Positions 37,131 to 50,535 of a DNA stretch of 64,000 bases are shown one piece after another (position 1 is the first letter of the stretch; the number at the start of each line of letters is the position of its first letter). The stretch comes from Mobula birostris. Lineage: Eukaryota. A program made the position numbers and the translations under genes. Under the pieces are notes generated by a model. That model saw nothing but the letters and a program-made list of their open reading frames with translations. It ran no database searches and was not told the origin of the DNA. The DNA lies in the NCBI RefSeq assembly GCF_030028105.1, contig NC_092370.1, positions 113,784,793 to 113,848,792 on the forward strand, read 5' to 3'.

Positions 37131-40100
37131 TCCCAGCCGTAAGACGATAAGACACAGGAGCAGGATTAGGCCATTCGATCCATTGAGTCAGCTCGGCCAT
37201 TTAATGATATCTGTTTCCTTTTCCCCTTTCAGCCCCATTTCGTTGACTTCTCCGAATACCCTTTGACACCATGACTAATCAAATACCTCTCAGCCTCGGC
37301 TTTAATAAACCCAATCACTTGGTCTCCATGACCGTTTGTGGCAACGAATTTCACAGATTCTGAGAAATTCCTCCTCGTCTCTGTTCTGAAAGAACGTTCT
37401 ATCATGTGGATCCTCTGGGAGATTCTGCTTTCTCTGGCGGACAGAGCGTAAGTGTTCAGCGAAATGATTTCCCAGTCCGCATATTCAGTAGGGTTCAAAC
37501 AGATATTCCTTAGTCTTCTGGGCTCCAGCGAGAACAGGCCGGGAACCATCACACGTTCCTTATGTGATAACCCTTTCATTCCTGGAACCATTCTCTTAAA
37601 CCTTCTGTGGACCCTCTCTCATACCAGGACATTCTTTCTCGGATATGGAGCCAAAATTACTCCCAATACTCCATATATATTCTACCGGTCTCTGAAAGAC
37701 ACAACATTACAATTTTTTATTGATTAGATTTCTGAATGGACAATGAATCCACATGTACTACCTCAATATTTTTTTTTGCTTTCTTTTTCTCTAATTTATA
37801 GGCATCATTATTTATTGCACTGTACTGCAGCTGCAAAATAACCAATTCTACGACATATGTCAATGATATTAAACCTGATTCCGATTCTATTCTAAATATA
37901 TTCTAGACCGCTCGAAATGATTGCTGTCATTGCATTCGCCTTCTCCACTACTGACTCAAACAGCAAGTTAACCTTTAGGGAATCCTGCACCAGAACTCGC
38001 AAGTCTTCTTGCACATTCGGTTTCTGCTTTCTCCCTCTCTTCAGAGAATATTCTGTCCCTTTATTCCTTCTACCAAAGTGCATGGCCATATACTTCACTA
38101 TACTGTGTTCCATCTGCCACTTTTTTGTCCATTCTCTTAATCTGTCGAAGTCCTTTTGCAGACTTCCTGCCCTCTATTTTGCTTTTATGCTATCTTTGAC
38201 CTCCCTTATCTCTGTTTCTCTTTACACAGATGCCATCTGTCCATATGAGTATTTTAAGCATTTTATGTTTTTATTTTATAGAATCGTTGAGTAACAGAGC
38301 CTGGATAGAGGCCCTTTGGCCCCAATCGTCCATGCTGACCACAGCATCATCCCTGGTAGTTCCAGCTGCTGCATTTGAGTCATAGTCCTTTAAGCCCTTT
38401 CCTTCCATTTATCTATGCAAATACATCTTAAATATTACAAATGCACCATCTCAACCACTTCCTCATGCAGCTCACTATCCTTTGCATAAAGAAATTATCT
38501 TTTAGTTCTCTTTTAAATCTCTTCTCTATTATCTTGTATCAGTGTCCTCTAGTTTTTGTCTCTCCCATCCTGGGGAAAAGGCTATGACCCTTCTATACCC
38601 CTCATGATTTTATAAACTTCTACAAGTTTAAGTTCTTCGAACTTCTTTCTTTATTGTTACACAGCGAGACCAGTGGGAATAGAAGCTAGAGCAGTGATGT
38701 GCTTCTCTTGCATGACGTGGAAGTTAGGGAGATGTCTATACCTGCGATAAGTGCATCAACATTTACAAACCGTATTAGGGAATTGGATCTGGTGCTAGAT
38801 GACCTTCAGATCATTCAGAAAATTGAGGAGTTCATAGGAGTTACAGAGAGATAGTGTTGCTGGAAACAGGTAGCTGGGTAATCATCAGGAGAGGGAAGGG
38901 GTATTGGCAGAGGGTGCAGAATATCCCTGTGGCCATTCCCCTCAACAAGTGTATCATCATATATAATTTTAGGAAGATGACCTACCACAGTGGTCAGTGG
39001 TCTCGGTAGTCAGTATATCTCTTTGGTTTTGAAAGGAAGGTGGGGGGGGGGGGAGGAGAAAGAAGAGGCCAGTAGTCGTCATGGAGGTCATTGGTTAGCA
39101 CTAGTTAGTGAAACAGATAGGAGAACCTGAGACAAGAACAAGACTCTTGGATGGTATATTGCCTCCCAGGTATAGAGGATCAGAGATATCTTGAATTGAG
39201 TCCATAGCCATCTTAAGGGGGAGGGTGAGATGCGATAAGTCATGGTACATAATGATACCAATGATATAAGCAGGAAAAGTGACGAGGACTTGCAAAATGA
39301 GTTCGGGGAATAAGCTACCAAGTTAGAAGACAGGACCTCAAAGATGGAGATCGCACAAAGCTATGCATTGTAGTGAGGTAGAAAATAAGGAACACTGTGC
39401 AGTTTGACATGTGATTCAGCAGATGGTACATGGGAGAGGGCTTCAGATTTTTTGGATCACTGAACTCCATTCCAGGGCAGGCGGGATCTCTGTAAATAAG
39501 ACAGTTTTCACCCAAACTGGAGAGCAACCAATATCCTCACAGGAAAGTTTGCTAATTCTGCTCAGAAGTGTTCAAACTAATACTTAAGAGGGATGGTATC
39601 CAGAGTGGAAGGACTAGCAATGAAGTGGTTGTTGAAAAAAAATAGATGTAATGACTACAAGCACATATTTTGTGGATGTTGCTCTGGCTTTCCAGCATAT
39701 TCGGCATTTCTCGTTTTTAAGCAGAGATGCAAACTGCAAGATTGAGCAGGGTGGATAAATGTTCTGAGTTTCATCTATTGCAAGACAAGGACGGTTGTAG
39801 GTAAGGCTGATGCACATAGAGCATGGATCCATGTGTGGACTTACGATGTTGAAACCATTATTGAGATATGGTTACAGGAGTGTGAAGACTGACAGCCCAT
39901 CGTTCTGGCATTCCGCTGATTTAGACATGTCAGAGAAGGAGGTATTAAAGGGAGAAGGATTACTCTTACATAAGTAATATAATTTCATAGCAATGCTCAG
40001 ATGATATACAGAAGGCTCATCTGCCAAGGAAATTTTCATGAATCTGTGGAATATAAAATGGATGATCATGTTAACGTGACTTTATAGAGTTTCTAATAGT

Positions 40101-42854
40101 CAGCAGGATTTGGGCAAACATATTTTTAGGGAGACTGCAGACGGTTGCAAGAAATATAAGGTTGTTACAATAACACATACAAGATGCAAGAGTAACTCAG
40201 CAGTGATGGCAGCAACTGTAGAAGGAATAAACAGTCAATGTTTTTGGCTGAGACCCTTCATCAGGATTCATTGAGGGTGCTGATGATGGGTCTTGGCCTG
40301 AAGCTTTTATGCTTTCTTCCTTTTTATAGGAAAACCGGACCTCATGAGTCCCACCAGGATTTTTTATGTGTTACTCCGGATTTCCAGTATCTGCAGAATC
40401 TCTAGTGTTTAGGTTGAGATAGTGGGTGATTTTAACTTTCTTCATATTGATTGGGACTCCCACCTTGTAAAAGAACAGGATTAGATGGAGTCTGTCAAAT
40501 GTGTTCAGGACAGCTTCATTATCAATATGTAGAATTCCGAACTAAAGAGAGCACAAGATTGGATCTTTTTGTCGGAAATGAGACAGGGCAGGTGACAGAA
40601 ATGAATATAGTGAAACACTTTGGGTATAGTGATCATAATTCCATCGACTTCAAAATAATTATGGAGATTGGATAGGTTTGTTTTTCAAGTTTAGATTCTA
40701 AACTGGAGGAAGAGCAATTTTGATGGCATCAGAAGCAATCTACCAGGTGTGGCTTGGGATAAGTTGTTTTCTAACAAAGAGACACTGGCAGGTGGTTGGT
40801 CTTCAACAGCATTGTGTATTGAGAGTACACAATATGTGTATTTCTATGAGGATAAAAAGCAAAGTTGGCAGGTTGAGGGAACCTTATTTATCATAGGATA
40901 TTGAGGACCAGATAAACAAAAAGGAAGCACATATCAGTATTGGCAGCTAGTGTTAAATGGGGCACCTGAGGAATATAAGACATACAAGAGAACACAGGCG
41001 GAAGATCAGGAAAGCTGCAAAAGGATAAGTGGTTGCTCTAGAAGACAAGTTAAACCAGAATCCAAGGGTTCTATAGTTACTGGGAGCAAGAAGATAGAGA
41101 TGGACAAAATTGGTCCCCTTGAAGATCAAGTTGGTCATATATGCATGAAGCTAAAATAGATGCGGAAAAGTATGAAATGTATGAAAAGTATGAAATGAGA
41201 CAGACACAGATACCATAGAATCTGGCAAAACACTAGAGGTCATGAACCATGTTCCGATTACAGAAGAGGAAGTGCTTGCTGTCTTGAGAGGAATTTAGTG
41301 TGAATAAGTCCCAAAGTCCTGACGAGGTGTCCCCTCCAAACTTGTGGGAGGCTAGTGCAGAAATTAAAGGGGCCCTGGCAGTAATACTTAAAACATCCTT
41401 ACCCATGAGTGAGGTAGTAGAGGACTGGAGGGTCGCTAACATTTCAAAACGGTACTAAGAATAAACAGGAAATTAGAGCCTGGTGAACCTTACATTAGTC
41501 GTGGGTAAATTATCGGAAGGTTTCCTCATGGGTAGGATGTACATGTACCAGTGTTTGGATAGACAGGGCCTGAAAAGAGATAAGCAATATGGCTTAATGC
41601 ATGGTAAGTCATGTCTAACTAATTTATAGAGATTTTTTTAAAGAGGTTACCAAGAAGTTTGTTGAAGGGAACACAATGGTCTTTAGATAAGCCTTTGATA
41701 AACTACGACATGGCAGAATCGTCAAGAAAATTAAGTCGCCTGGCATTCAGGATGAGGTAGTCAGTTAGATTCAATGTTGGCTTAGCGGAAGAAGCCAGAG
41801 AATGGTGGTTAGTGTTTGACTCTCTGCTTGGAGGCCTGTGACTAGTGCTGTGCTGCAGAAGTCGGTGTTTGATCCATTGTTGTTGGTCACTTATATTAAT
41901 GATTTAAATGACAATATTGTTAAACTGGATCAGCAAATTTGCGGATGATACCAAGATTGAGGGTATAGTGAACATCGTGCTGTATGCATTCACATCCAAA
42001 TCATTTACAGAATAATTAATGACAGAGGTCCCAACACTGACCCCTGGGTAAACTGAAATTTAATAATCACTGTACAAAATAAAAGGAAAATAAGAAATGC
42101 AAAGCCAATAGGGCTAAAAACTAAAATTCAAACTAAAAATCTAACGCTGACACTGAGCTTTAGAAGGAGTAACTTAATAGTAAGTTAGTACGACTCCTTT
42201 AAGGCGTCAATCTAAATTGGAGTCTTCTATCTTGGAAAGTGGGCTAAGGTACTCGGGGGGTGTCGCCGTAGTTGTGCTTCAGTCAAGACTCAACAAGACT
42301 GAAGGGAGTCAAATAAAACTACAATGCAACCCTAATTGGCTGCAACGTGCATTCTCACGAGCTGATTGCTGATGACCGCTTTCAGCTGCCCTCTCCACAG
42401 CAGAGTCCATGGTTTTTATAGATCACCACCCTCACCCCGCCACGAGGCACAGCTCCGGGGGCACTAGAGTCCTGTGTCCGCTGGAGGTCCTGGATGAGTG
42501 ACTTGTCCAGGATGTCACGAATTGGAACCCAAGAAAGATTCTCTGGACCCTATCTCTCCCAGTCAACTTGGTACTGGACCCTGTCCCACACTGGGCGAGA
42601 CGCCAGGAGGAATAGTCCAGTGACCCATCCACCAGGACGAGAGGAGGGAGAGGGTCTAAGTTTGGGCTCTCGTACCCTTTGGAAATACTCTCCCAACTCC
42701 CTATTCTCGACCGACGGGTGTAAATGAATAGACTGTCGATGAGGCTGATCGGGTAATTTTCGTGGAACTGGATAGAGTTCTTTACCCGAAGAAAGGTGAA
42801 GGCTCTTATGACATAATCTGCGAAATCTCTGAGTCGGAAATGATTCGTGTGACC

Positions 42855-43106
42855 TCTGGCTGCCGGTACCAGTGGATATAGTCCGTGCTCACTCTGCTCA
42901 GATCGCAGCTCATGACGACAGTTTTGCCCACGTTTTTCGTGATGGACCTCGGAGACTGTATCAATTCAGCACCGAGACATCCGCCTGTGGAAATAGAAAT
43001 CAAACTCAGAACAGGTTTAAAAGTCTGAAACAAACAGAGCAAACGGATGAAAATCAATCAACTAACGGAGGAAAAGTATCACACAAGCCGTGCAACCCAG
43101 CCGCAT
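42855..43106 (-). pseudogene. TRGV: TRGV pseudogene (psiV4): leader 43106-43067, intron 43066-42985, truncated V exon 42984-42855, no RSS
   Basis: Leader MRLGCTACVILFL; exon AELIQSP...CDLSRVSTDYIHWYRQP joined to post-RSS flank at the same point as psiV2. Confidence 0.9.
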
Positions 43107-45796
43107 GGTGTTTGTCGAGTTGTGATTGTATTTGACACGGATTTGGACGTGGTCTGGTTAGTTATAAATAACAGCACGCCTCACGTCCCACTTTCGCTCA
43201 ACGTGTCACAGACCACGTCTTCCAACCCTATTTGAAAACGACACACGATTAGTTCCTTTGCATAAATTGAGATTTTGTTAGAATTGCACAGCAGTTCACT
43301 AGACGATTTTTTTTTCCTGTTCGAACTTGCTCTCGCTTAACATGAAGAAATCCGTCACGATAACGGGCCTTTCGGGGCCAACAAGCACGGGCCATCCAAT
43401 TCCATCAATGTGATCAATTAACCTGCTAACCCACAAACAGGAGAAATTTTGCAGATGCTGAAGGACTTCTCACGGATTCTGGTCATCTGAGTCCTGAAAA
43501 AAGGGTTTCGGCCCGAAACGTCGACTATTTACTCTTTTCCGTAAGTGCTGCTTGGTCTACTGAGTTCCTCCAGCATTTATTGTACGTTGCTTTGGGCGAC
43601 TACTAATCCTTACGTCTTGTGAACGTGGGAGGAAACCCACGCGGTCACAGGAAGAACGTACAAATTCCTTTCAGGACAACGACGGAATTTAACCTTGGTT
43701 GCTGGCGCTATAATAGCGTTACACTAACCGATCCGGTACCGTTCCGTCCCAAAACTTTCCCAAATTAGGCATCTCCTGCCAGTTGTCTTTTCAGTTACAC
43801 GTCAACATATTTAAAATATTTATCATCCCTTTATCGCGGTTTTGTGACATTCCCAAAATTTCCCGACGAACACCATAGTTGGAGCAAGTGGCTTCAGAGC
43901 GGCGGACGGGGGAGGTGGGTTGGAGTGTTGCTCGGCGCCTTCAGACGTCAGGAATACATGGAGATAATTCTCACAGACACCCCCGGTTTCTCCATCTTGA
44001 CCTTCACTTTGTCTAATCTCTTGTCTCCGGAGTCTGTTACAGAGCAAGGAGAGCGATATCCTCCCCACACGCGCTCTTAAAGTGCCGACCCTGGACCTGT
44101 CTCGCAGCCGCCCCGTCGCCGCGACCGTATTCCGTGTACGTTCCGTTGGGTGGGATATTTGATGAACCGAATGCGATCTGTACCATGTCTGTGAATCTGT
44201 TCATCTTTCCCTATTAACGTGGTTTTAATTATTCCAGATGGGTGGAACCTGTCAGTAAATATTAATTTACATTGGCTTCCGCTGTGAAATTTGAAAGGAC
44301 GATATCTAATTTGTTTATTTAGCGATACAGCATGAAGTAGGCCCAATCACCCCCGAAAAACGGTAATAACCCTAACCCAGTCACGGAACAACTTACAACC
44401 CGGAGGTGTAATAGCGTCGCGCTAATCGCTACGCAACCGCGGTGCCTGGGCAGTGTACGTCCTTTATCGAATGCCCAGGACCCTCTTTTCCTGTCGCTGT
44501 AAACGTCCAAGTGCCGTAACTAACCAAGTCCTAGTTGCACACCCCCTGCAAACCTTCTCCTTAAATCAACTTATTCGTTAACAATTTCTCCTTCTGATAA
44601 CTCCTTTAGGACAGGTTAGGTTAATCGATTCAGAAACTTCCTGTGTACATGCTCCGACTGCAATCGCTCTCCCAGCTGTAAGACGATAAGACACAGGAGT
44701 AGGATTAGGCCATTCGATCCATTGAGTCAGCTCGGCCATTTAATCATATCTGTTACCTTTTCCCTTTCAGACCTATTTCTTTGTCTTCTCCGAGTTCCCT
44801 TTGACACCATGACTAATCAAATACCTATCAGCCTCGGCGTCAATAAACCCAATAACTTGGCCCCCATGGCCGTTTGTGCCAATGACTTTGACAGATTCTC
44901 AGAGATTCCTCCTCGTCTCTGTTCTGAAATGATGTTCTATTATGTGTCTGTGCCCTTTGGTCCTGGACTCCCCCACTACTGGAAAATCCTCTCATCATCC
45001 AGGCCTTTACATATTCAGTAGGTTTCAAAGAGATATCCCTTAGTCTTCTAGGCTCCAGCAAGAACAGGCCTGGTACCATCAAACGTTCCTTATGTGATAA
45101 CCCTTTCATTCCTGGAGCCATTCTCTTAAACCTCCTCTGGACCCTTTCTAATACCAGGACATACTTTCTCGGATATGGAGCCAAATTTGCTCAAAATACT
45201 CCATATATTGTCTACCAATCTCTTATAAAGACTCAACATTACAATTTTTTATTTACTAGGTATCGGAATGGACAATTAATCCACATGGGCTACCTCACTG
45301 TTTTTTCTGGCTTTGCTCTGTTTTTCTCTAGTTACTTAATTTAATATATATCTTATTGTAATTTATAGTTTTTATTATATATTGCACTGTACTGCAGCTG
45401 CAATATAACAAGTTCCACGTCCTATGCCAGTGATATTAAACCTGATTCCCATTCTATTCTGATTATATTCCAGACCCCTCAAAATGATTGCGGTCATTGC
45501 ATTTGCCTTCTCCAATACTGACTCAAACAGCAAGTTAGCCTTTCGGGAATCCTGCACCAGAACTCTGAAGTCTTCTTGCACATTCAGTTTCTGCTTTCTC
45601 CCTCTCTTCAGAGAATATTCTGTGCCTTTATTCCTTCTACCAAAGTACATGGCCATACACTTCGCTACACTGTGTTCCATCTGCCACTTTTTGTCCATTG
45701 TCATAATCTATCCTAGTCCTTTTCCAGACTTCCTGACCTATCTTTTGCTTTTATGCTATCTTTGACTTCCCTTGACTCTTTCTTTTTACACAGATA

Positions 45797-46300
45797 CCAT
45801 AGAAACATAGAACATAGATGTAGGAGTAGGCCATTCGGCCCTGCACTGCCATTCAGTATGATCATGGGTGATCATCCAACTCAGAACCCTGTGCCTACCT
45901 TCTCTCCATACCCTCGATCCCTTTAGCTACAAGGGCCATATCTAACTCCCTGTTAAATAAAGCCAATGAACTGGCCTCAACTGTTTCCTGTGGCAGAGAA
46001 TTCCACAGATTCACCACTCTCTGTGTGAAGAAATTTTTCCATCATTTCGATCCTAAAAGGCTTCACCTTTATCCTCAAACTGTGACCCCTCGTTTTGGAC
46101 TTCCCCAACAATCTTCTTACATCTAGCCTGTCCAATCCCTTTAGAATTTTATACGTGTCAATAAGATCCCCCCCTCAATCTTCTAAATTCCAGAGAGTAT
46201 AAGCCTAGTCCATCCAGTCTTTCATCATATGAAAGTCCTGCCATCCCAGGAATCAATCTGTTGAACCTTCTTTGTACTCCCTCTATGGCAAGGATGTCTT
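45797..46300 (-). mobile_element. CR1 3'-end fragment (partial paralogue at about 21590-21835)
   Basis: CATAGAAACATAGAACATAG tail; reverse strand encodes ...DILAIEGVQRRFNRLIPGMAGLSYDERL..LGLYSLEFRRLRG. Confidence 0.8.
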
Positions 46301-47562
46301 TGTGATCAAGACAATCTGGTGAACAATCTGACCATATGAATACTTTAAGCATTTTATGTTTGTATTTCATAGAATCATAGAGCAACATAGCCTGGATATA
46401 GGTCTTTCGGCCCAAATGGTCCATGCTGAACACAACATTATCCCTGCTAGTTTCAGCTGCTGCATTAGTCTCATAGTCCTTCAAGCCCTTTCCTTCCATT
46501 TACCTATGCAAATACATCTTAAACATTACAAATGCACCATCTCAACGTCCTCAGGTAGCTCACTATCCTTTGCATAAAGAAATTATGTTTTAGGTCTCTT
46601 TTAAATCTCTTCTATTATCTTGTATCAGTGTCCTCTAGTTTTTGCCTCTCCAATCCTGGGGAAAAGGCTATGACCTGTCTATACCCCTCATGATTTTATA
46701 AACTTCTACGAGTTTAAGTTCTTCTAACTCCTTTCTTTATTGTTATACAGAGAGACCAGTGGGAATAGAAGCTAGAGCAGTGGTGTGCTTCTCTTGCATG
46801 ACGTGGAAGTTAGGGAGATGTCTGTACCTGTGATAAGTGCATCCACATTGCGTCATAAGGCGGTGGCTAGGAATGGACCCAAGTGCAAGACACAGACACT
46901 GAAGTACTAGGGACAGGAATAGGATACAGGGCGATGGCAAGGACATGGACAGGAAAACCGGGAACCTGAAACAGGACTGGACAAAACAGCTAGGAGCCCA
47001 GGCTTGGACTCCGAGCCAGAGACTGGACAAGGACCCAGTACCTGGGTCTTGCCTCTGGCTCGGACCCCAGCACTAGGCAAGGACTAGGCTTGGCTGGCAG
47101 GCAGGATGGGGCTGGAGTCTTAGAGACTTGAGGCGACGCTAGGCAGGAGGCAGGAGGCCAGAGACTTGAGGTGAGGCTAGGCAGGAGGCAGGAGGCCAGA
47201 GACTTGAGGCGAGGCTTGGCAAGAGGCAGGAGCCTGGGGGCCGGAGCCTTCAGGCTTGAGGCCGGGCAGCGGGCCGGAGCCTTCAGACTTGAGGCCGGGC
47301 AGGCTCCTCCCGGGCAGGGCGTGGTTCGCTTGGGCAGGGCGTGGTACACTTGGGCAGGGCGCGGATCACCACCCGACAGAGGCATGGGACAGGAAGGGAC
47401 AGAACCAACCACAGGTAGCGGCGAGATGGCCTGGCTTACCTGGGCGGATGCAAGGGACAGGAAGGGAGCTAGGTACAGGGTGGCTCCAGGACAAGTCTGC
47501 AGGCCAGGTGAGGCGAGAGTTACCAGCAAGACAAGGCTAGGCTTCAGGCAATGGAAGGCAAG

Positions 47563-49141
47563 TGTCACAATGGTGGGGGCATAGGGAGCAAGGGTGGACC
47601 CAAATGCAAGACACATCTTGTGAGGTTAATTAAATTTAGTTTATTGTTCGATATCAGGAGAGCTAGGCAGGAGCAGGAGTAGCAAACTGGACAAGGACTG
47701 AGGACTACGACTAGGCTGGGACCAAGGGTCTGGGCTAGGACTCTGAATCGGCTCCCAGAACGAGAGGAGACATGAAGAGGCTGGGGTATGGACTCAGAGC
47801 CTGAGACTGGGCAAGGACCCAGTACCTGGGCCTTGCCTCAGGCTCGAACCCCAGAACCAGGCAAGGACATGACATGGGCTAGGGAGAGGAGGAACATGGG
47901 AACACAGAGCCTCGGTCTCGGGGGAGCAGGTACATGGAATCATGGACACATACACAGAACAGAGAACCGGGACCCCTCTTTTGCTACAGGACATAGGGCC
48001 GGGACTCACACACAGAACAGAGAGCCAGGACCCATCCTTGGGTACAGGACATAGGGCCGGGACTCATGACCCTCCGCGTGGCAACGGCAAGACGGCCTGA
48101 CCTACCCCACAGAGGCGAGGACAATAGAAGACAAGACCAACACGAATGAACACCAGACGGTACCTATCTAGCTTTGGAGATGGAACTAGACCGAAGTGCA
48201 GGCGGGGGCTGCAGACGAGGGCTAGAGGCGAGAGGGGCAGAGAAGGGATACAGAAAAGGGGGTAGGACAGGAATCACAGACCGCCAGGGCCAGGACTTGA
48301 TTCAGAACTGGGAAGCCGCCAGGGACGGGTCTTGACTCGGTGCTAGAATGCCGCCAGGGACGGGTCTTGACTCGGTGCTAGAACGCCGCCAGGGACGGGT
48401 CTTGACTCGGTGCTAGAACGCCGCCAGGGCCGGGTCTTGACTTGGTGCTAGAACGCCGCCAGGGCCGGGACTTGACTCGATGCTAGAACGCCGCCAGGAC
48501 AGGGTCTGGACTCGGTGCTAGAACGCCGTCAGGGCCGGGTCTTGACTCGGTGCTAGAACGCCGCCAGGGCCGGGTCTTGACTCGGTGCTAGAATGCCGCC
48601 AGGGTTTGGACTTGACTTGGTGCTAGAATGCCGCCAGGTCAGGACTTGACTTGGTGCTTGAATGCCGCCAGGTCCGGGACTTGACTTGGTGCTTGAATGC
48701 CACCGGAGACAGGACTTGACTTGGAGCCTCAGGATAGTGGCGAGCTCTCAACTCGGCCAGGGAACAGTAGACAGTGTTTCTTGATTCCCTCTGGCGGGTT
48801 AACTGACGGACCCACCTCAGTGAGGAAACTTTGCAGGCTCGATTTGGCGAGGTAACTGGACAGGGTTGCTCTGGTGAGGAAAAGGCGAATTACCGGCACT
48901 CGTTTCGGCAGAAACTAGGCTTGCTCCGTCCAGATGACATCGGCACACCGTACCTTAAATGACTTTGCAGATGCTCCTGCGCCGAACGGCTGAAAGCCGG
49001 AGAAGATAAACTACCGGTTCAGCCGAGCATTAATTGCCTCTAATTACCAAAGTCGAGGGACATGGGAAAACAGAGAATCAATGGTTCGAATTGTAACATA
49101 AACAAGGTAAATTTAAAGGGACCCCGATCCGGACCATGACA
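47563..49141 (-). mobile_element. Nested solo-LTR-like element, 1579 bp
   Basis: TGTCA...TGACA ends; TSD GCAAG/GCGAG (47558-47562, 49142-49146); terminal sequences shared with the family. Confidence 0.75.
48315..48728. repeat. 35-bp minisatellite, about 12 copies (GCCGCCAGGGACGGGTCTTGACTCGGTGCTAGAAC)
   Basis: Head-to-tail repeats with no unique spacers, inside the nested LTR-like element. Confidence 0.95.
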
Positions 49142-50535
49142 GCGAGACGAGAACTTCAGGTGAGGTGAGAGTTACCGGCAAGATAAGGCAAGGCTTCTGG
49201 CAAAGCAAGGTGAGACAGAACTTCAGGTGAGGTGAGAGTTACCGGCAAGACAAGGCAGGGCTTCAGGCGAGGAAACAGAAGGCAGAGGAAGGGATGCAAG
49301 GAGTAAGGACAAGAACAATTCAACAGCCACACCCTGGTCTCTGAAGGTATTTATGCAGCCAGCCCCTACGAGCATCAGCTGACTCAATTAGAGCCCAACA
49401 AGCCAGAAACAGGGTAGCCAGGAAAACCTGGAGCAAGGGTTGATAGACCGGACTGTGAACCAGAATATGGACATCATGGACCGGACCATGACACATTGAC
49501 AAACTGTACTAGGGAATTGGAGTTGATGCTAGATGACCTTCAGTTCATTCAGAAAATTGAGGGGTTCATAGGAGTTACAGAGAGACAGTGTTGCTGGAAA
49601 CAGGTAGTTGGGTGATCATGAAGAGAGGGAAGAGTTATTGGCAGACAGTGCAGAATACCCCTGTGGCCATGCCCCTGAGCAGGTTTATCATTTTATATAG
49701 TTTTAGGGAGATGACCCACCACAGTGCTCAGTGGTCTCGGCACTCAGTATGTCTCTTTTGTTCAGAAAGGAAGGTGGGTGGGGGAGGAAGAAGAGGTCAG
49801 TAGTAGTGATGGAGGTCATTGGTTAGCACTGGTCAGTGAAACAGACAGAAGGACCTGAGAAAAGAAAAAGACTCTTGGATGGTATATTGCCTCCCTGGTA
49901 TAGAGGATCAGATATATCTTGAATTGAGTCCATAGCCATCTTAAGTGAGAGAGTGAGAAGTAATAAGTCATGGTATATATTGATACAAATGATATAAGCA
50001 GGAAAAGTGATGAGGACTTGCAAAATGGGTTCAGGGAATAAGGTACGAAGTTGAAAGACAGGACCTCCAAGATGGAGATGAAGCTATCCATGCTAGTGAG
50101 GTAAAGAATTAGGAAGACAGTGCAGTTGAACACGTGACTAAGCAGATGGTGCATTGGAGAGGGTTTCATAGATCCAGAGTTTCTGGATCACTGAACTCCA
50201 TTCCAGGGCAGGTGGGATCTCTGCAATTAGAACAGTTTTCACCCAAACTGGAGAGGAACCAATATCCTCACAGGAAGGTTTGCTAATCCTGCTCTGAAGT
50301 GTTCAAACTAAAGTTTAACAGTGATGGTATCCAGAGTGGCAGAACAGCAATGAAGTGGTTGTGGAAAGAAAGAGATGTAATGACTACAATCAAAGATTTT
50401 GTAGATGTTGCTTTGGATTTCCAGCATCTGCAGCATTTTTCATTTTTAAGCAGAGATGGAAACTGAAAAATTGAGCTGGGTAGTTTGAGTTTCATCTATT
50501 GCAAGACAAGGACAGTTGTAGGTAAGGCTAATGCA

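Larger units (their letters stand above)
46851..49493 (-). mobile_element. Solo-LTR-like element (about 1.06 kb) interrupted by a nested relative
   Basis: (C)GTCA...TGACA ends; TSD CATTG (46846-46850, 49494-49498). Confidence 0.8.

Noticed and set aside
48315-48728. 35-bp repeat array resembling CRISPR
   Set aside because: Repeats are head-to-tail with no unique spacers, there are no cas genes, the context is vertebrate, and the array lies inside an LTR-like element.
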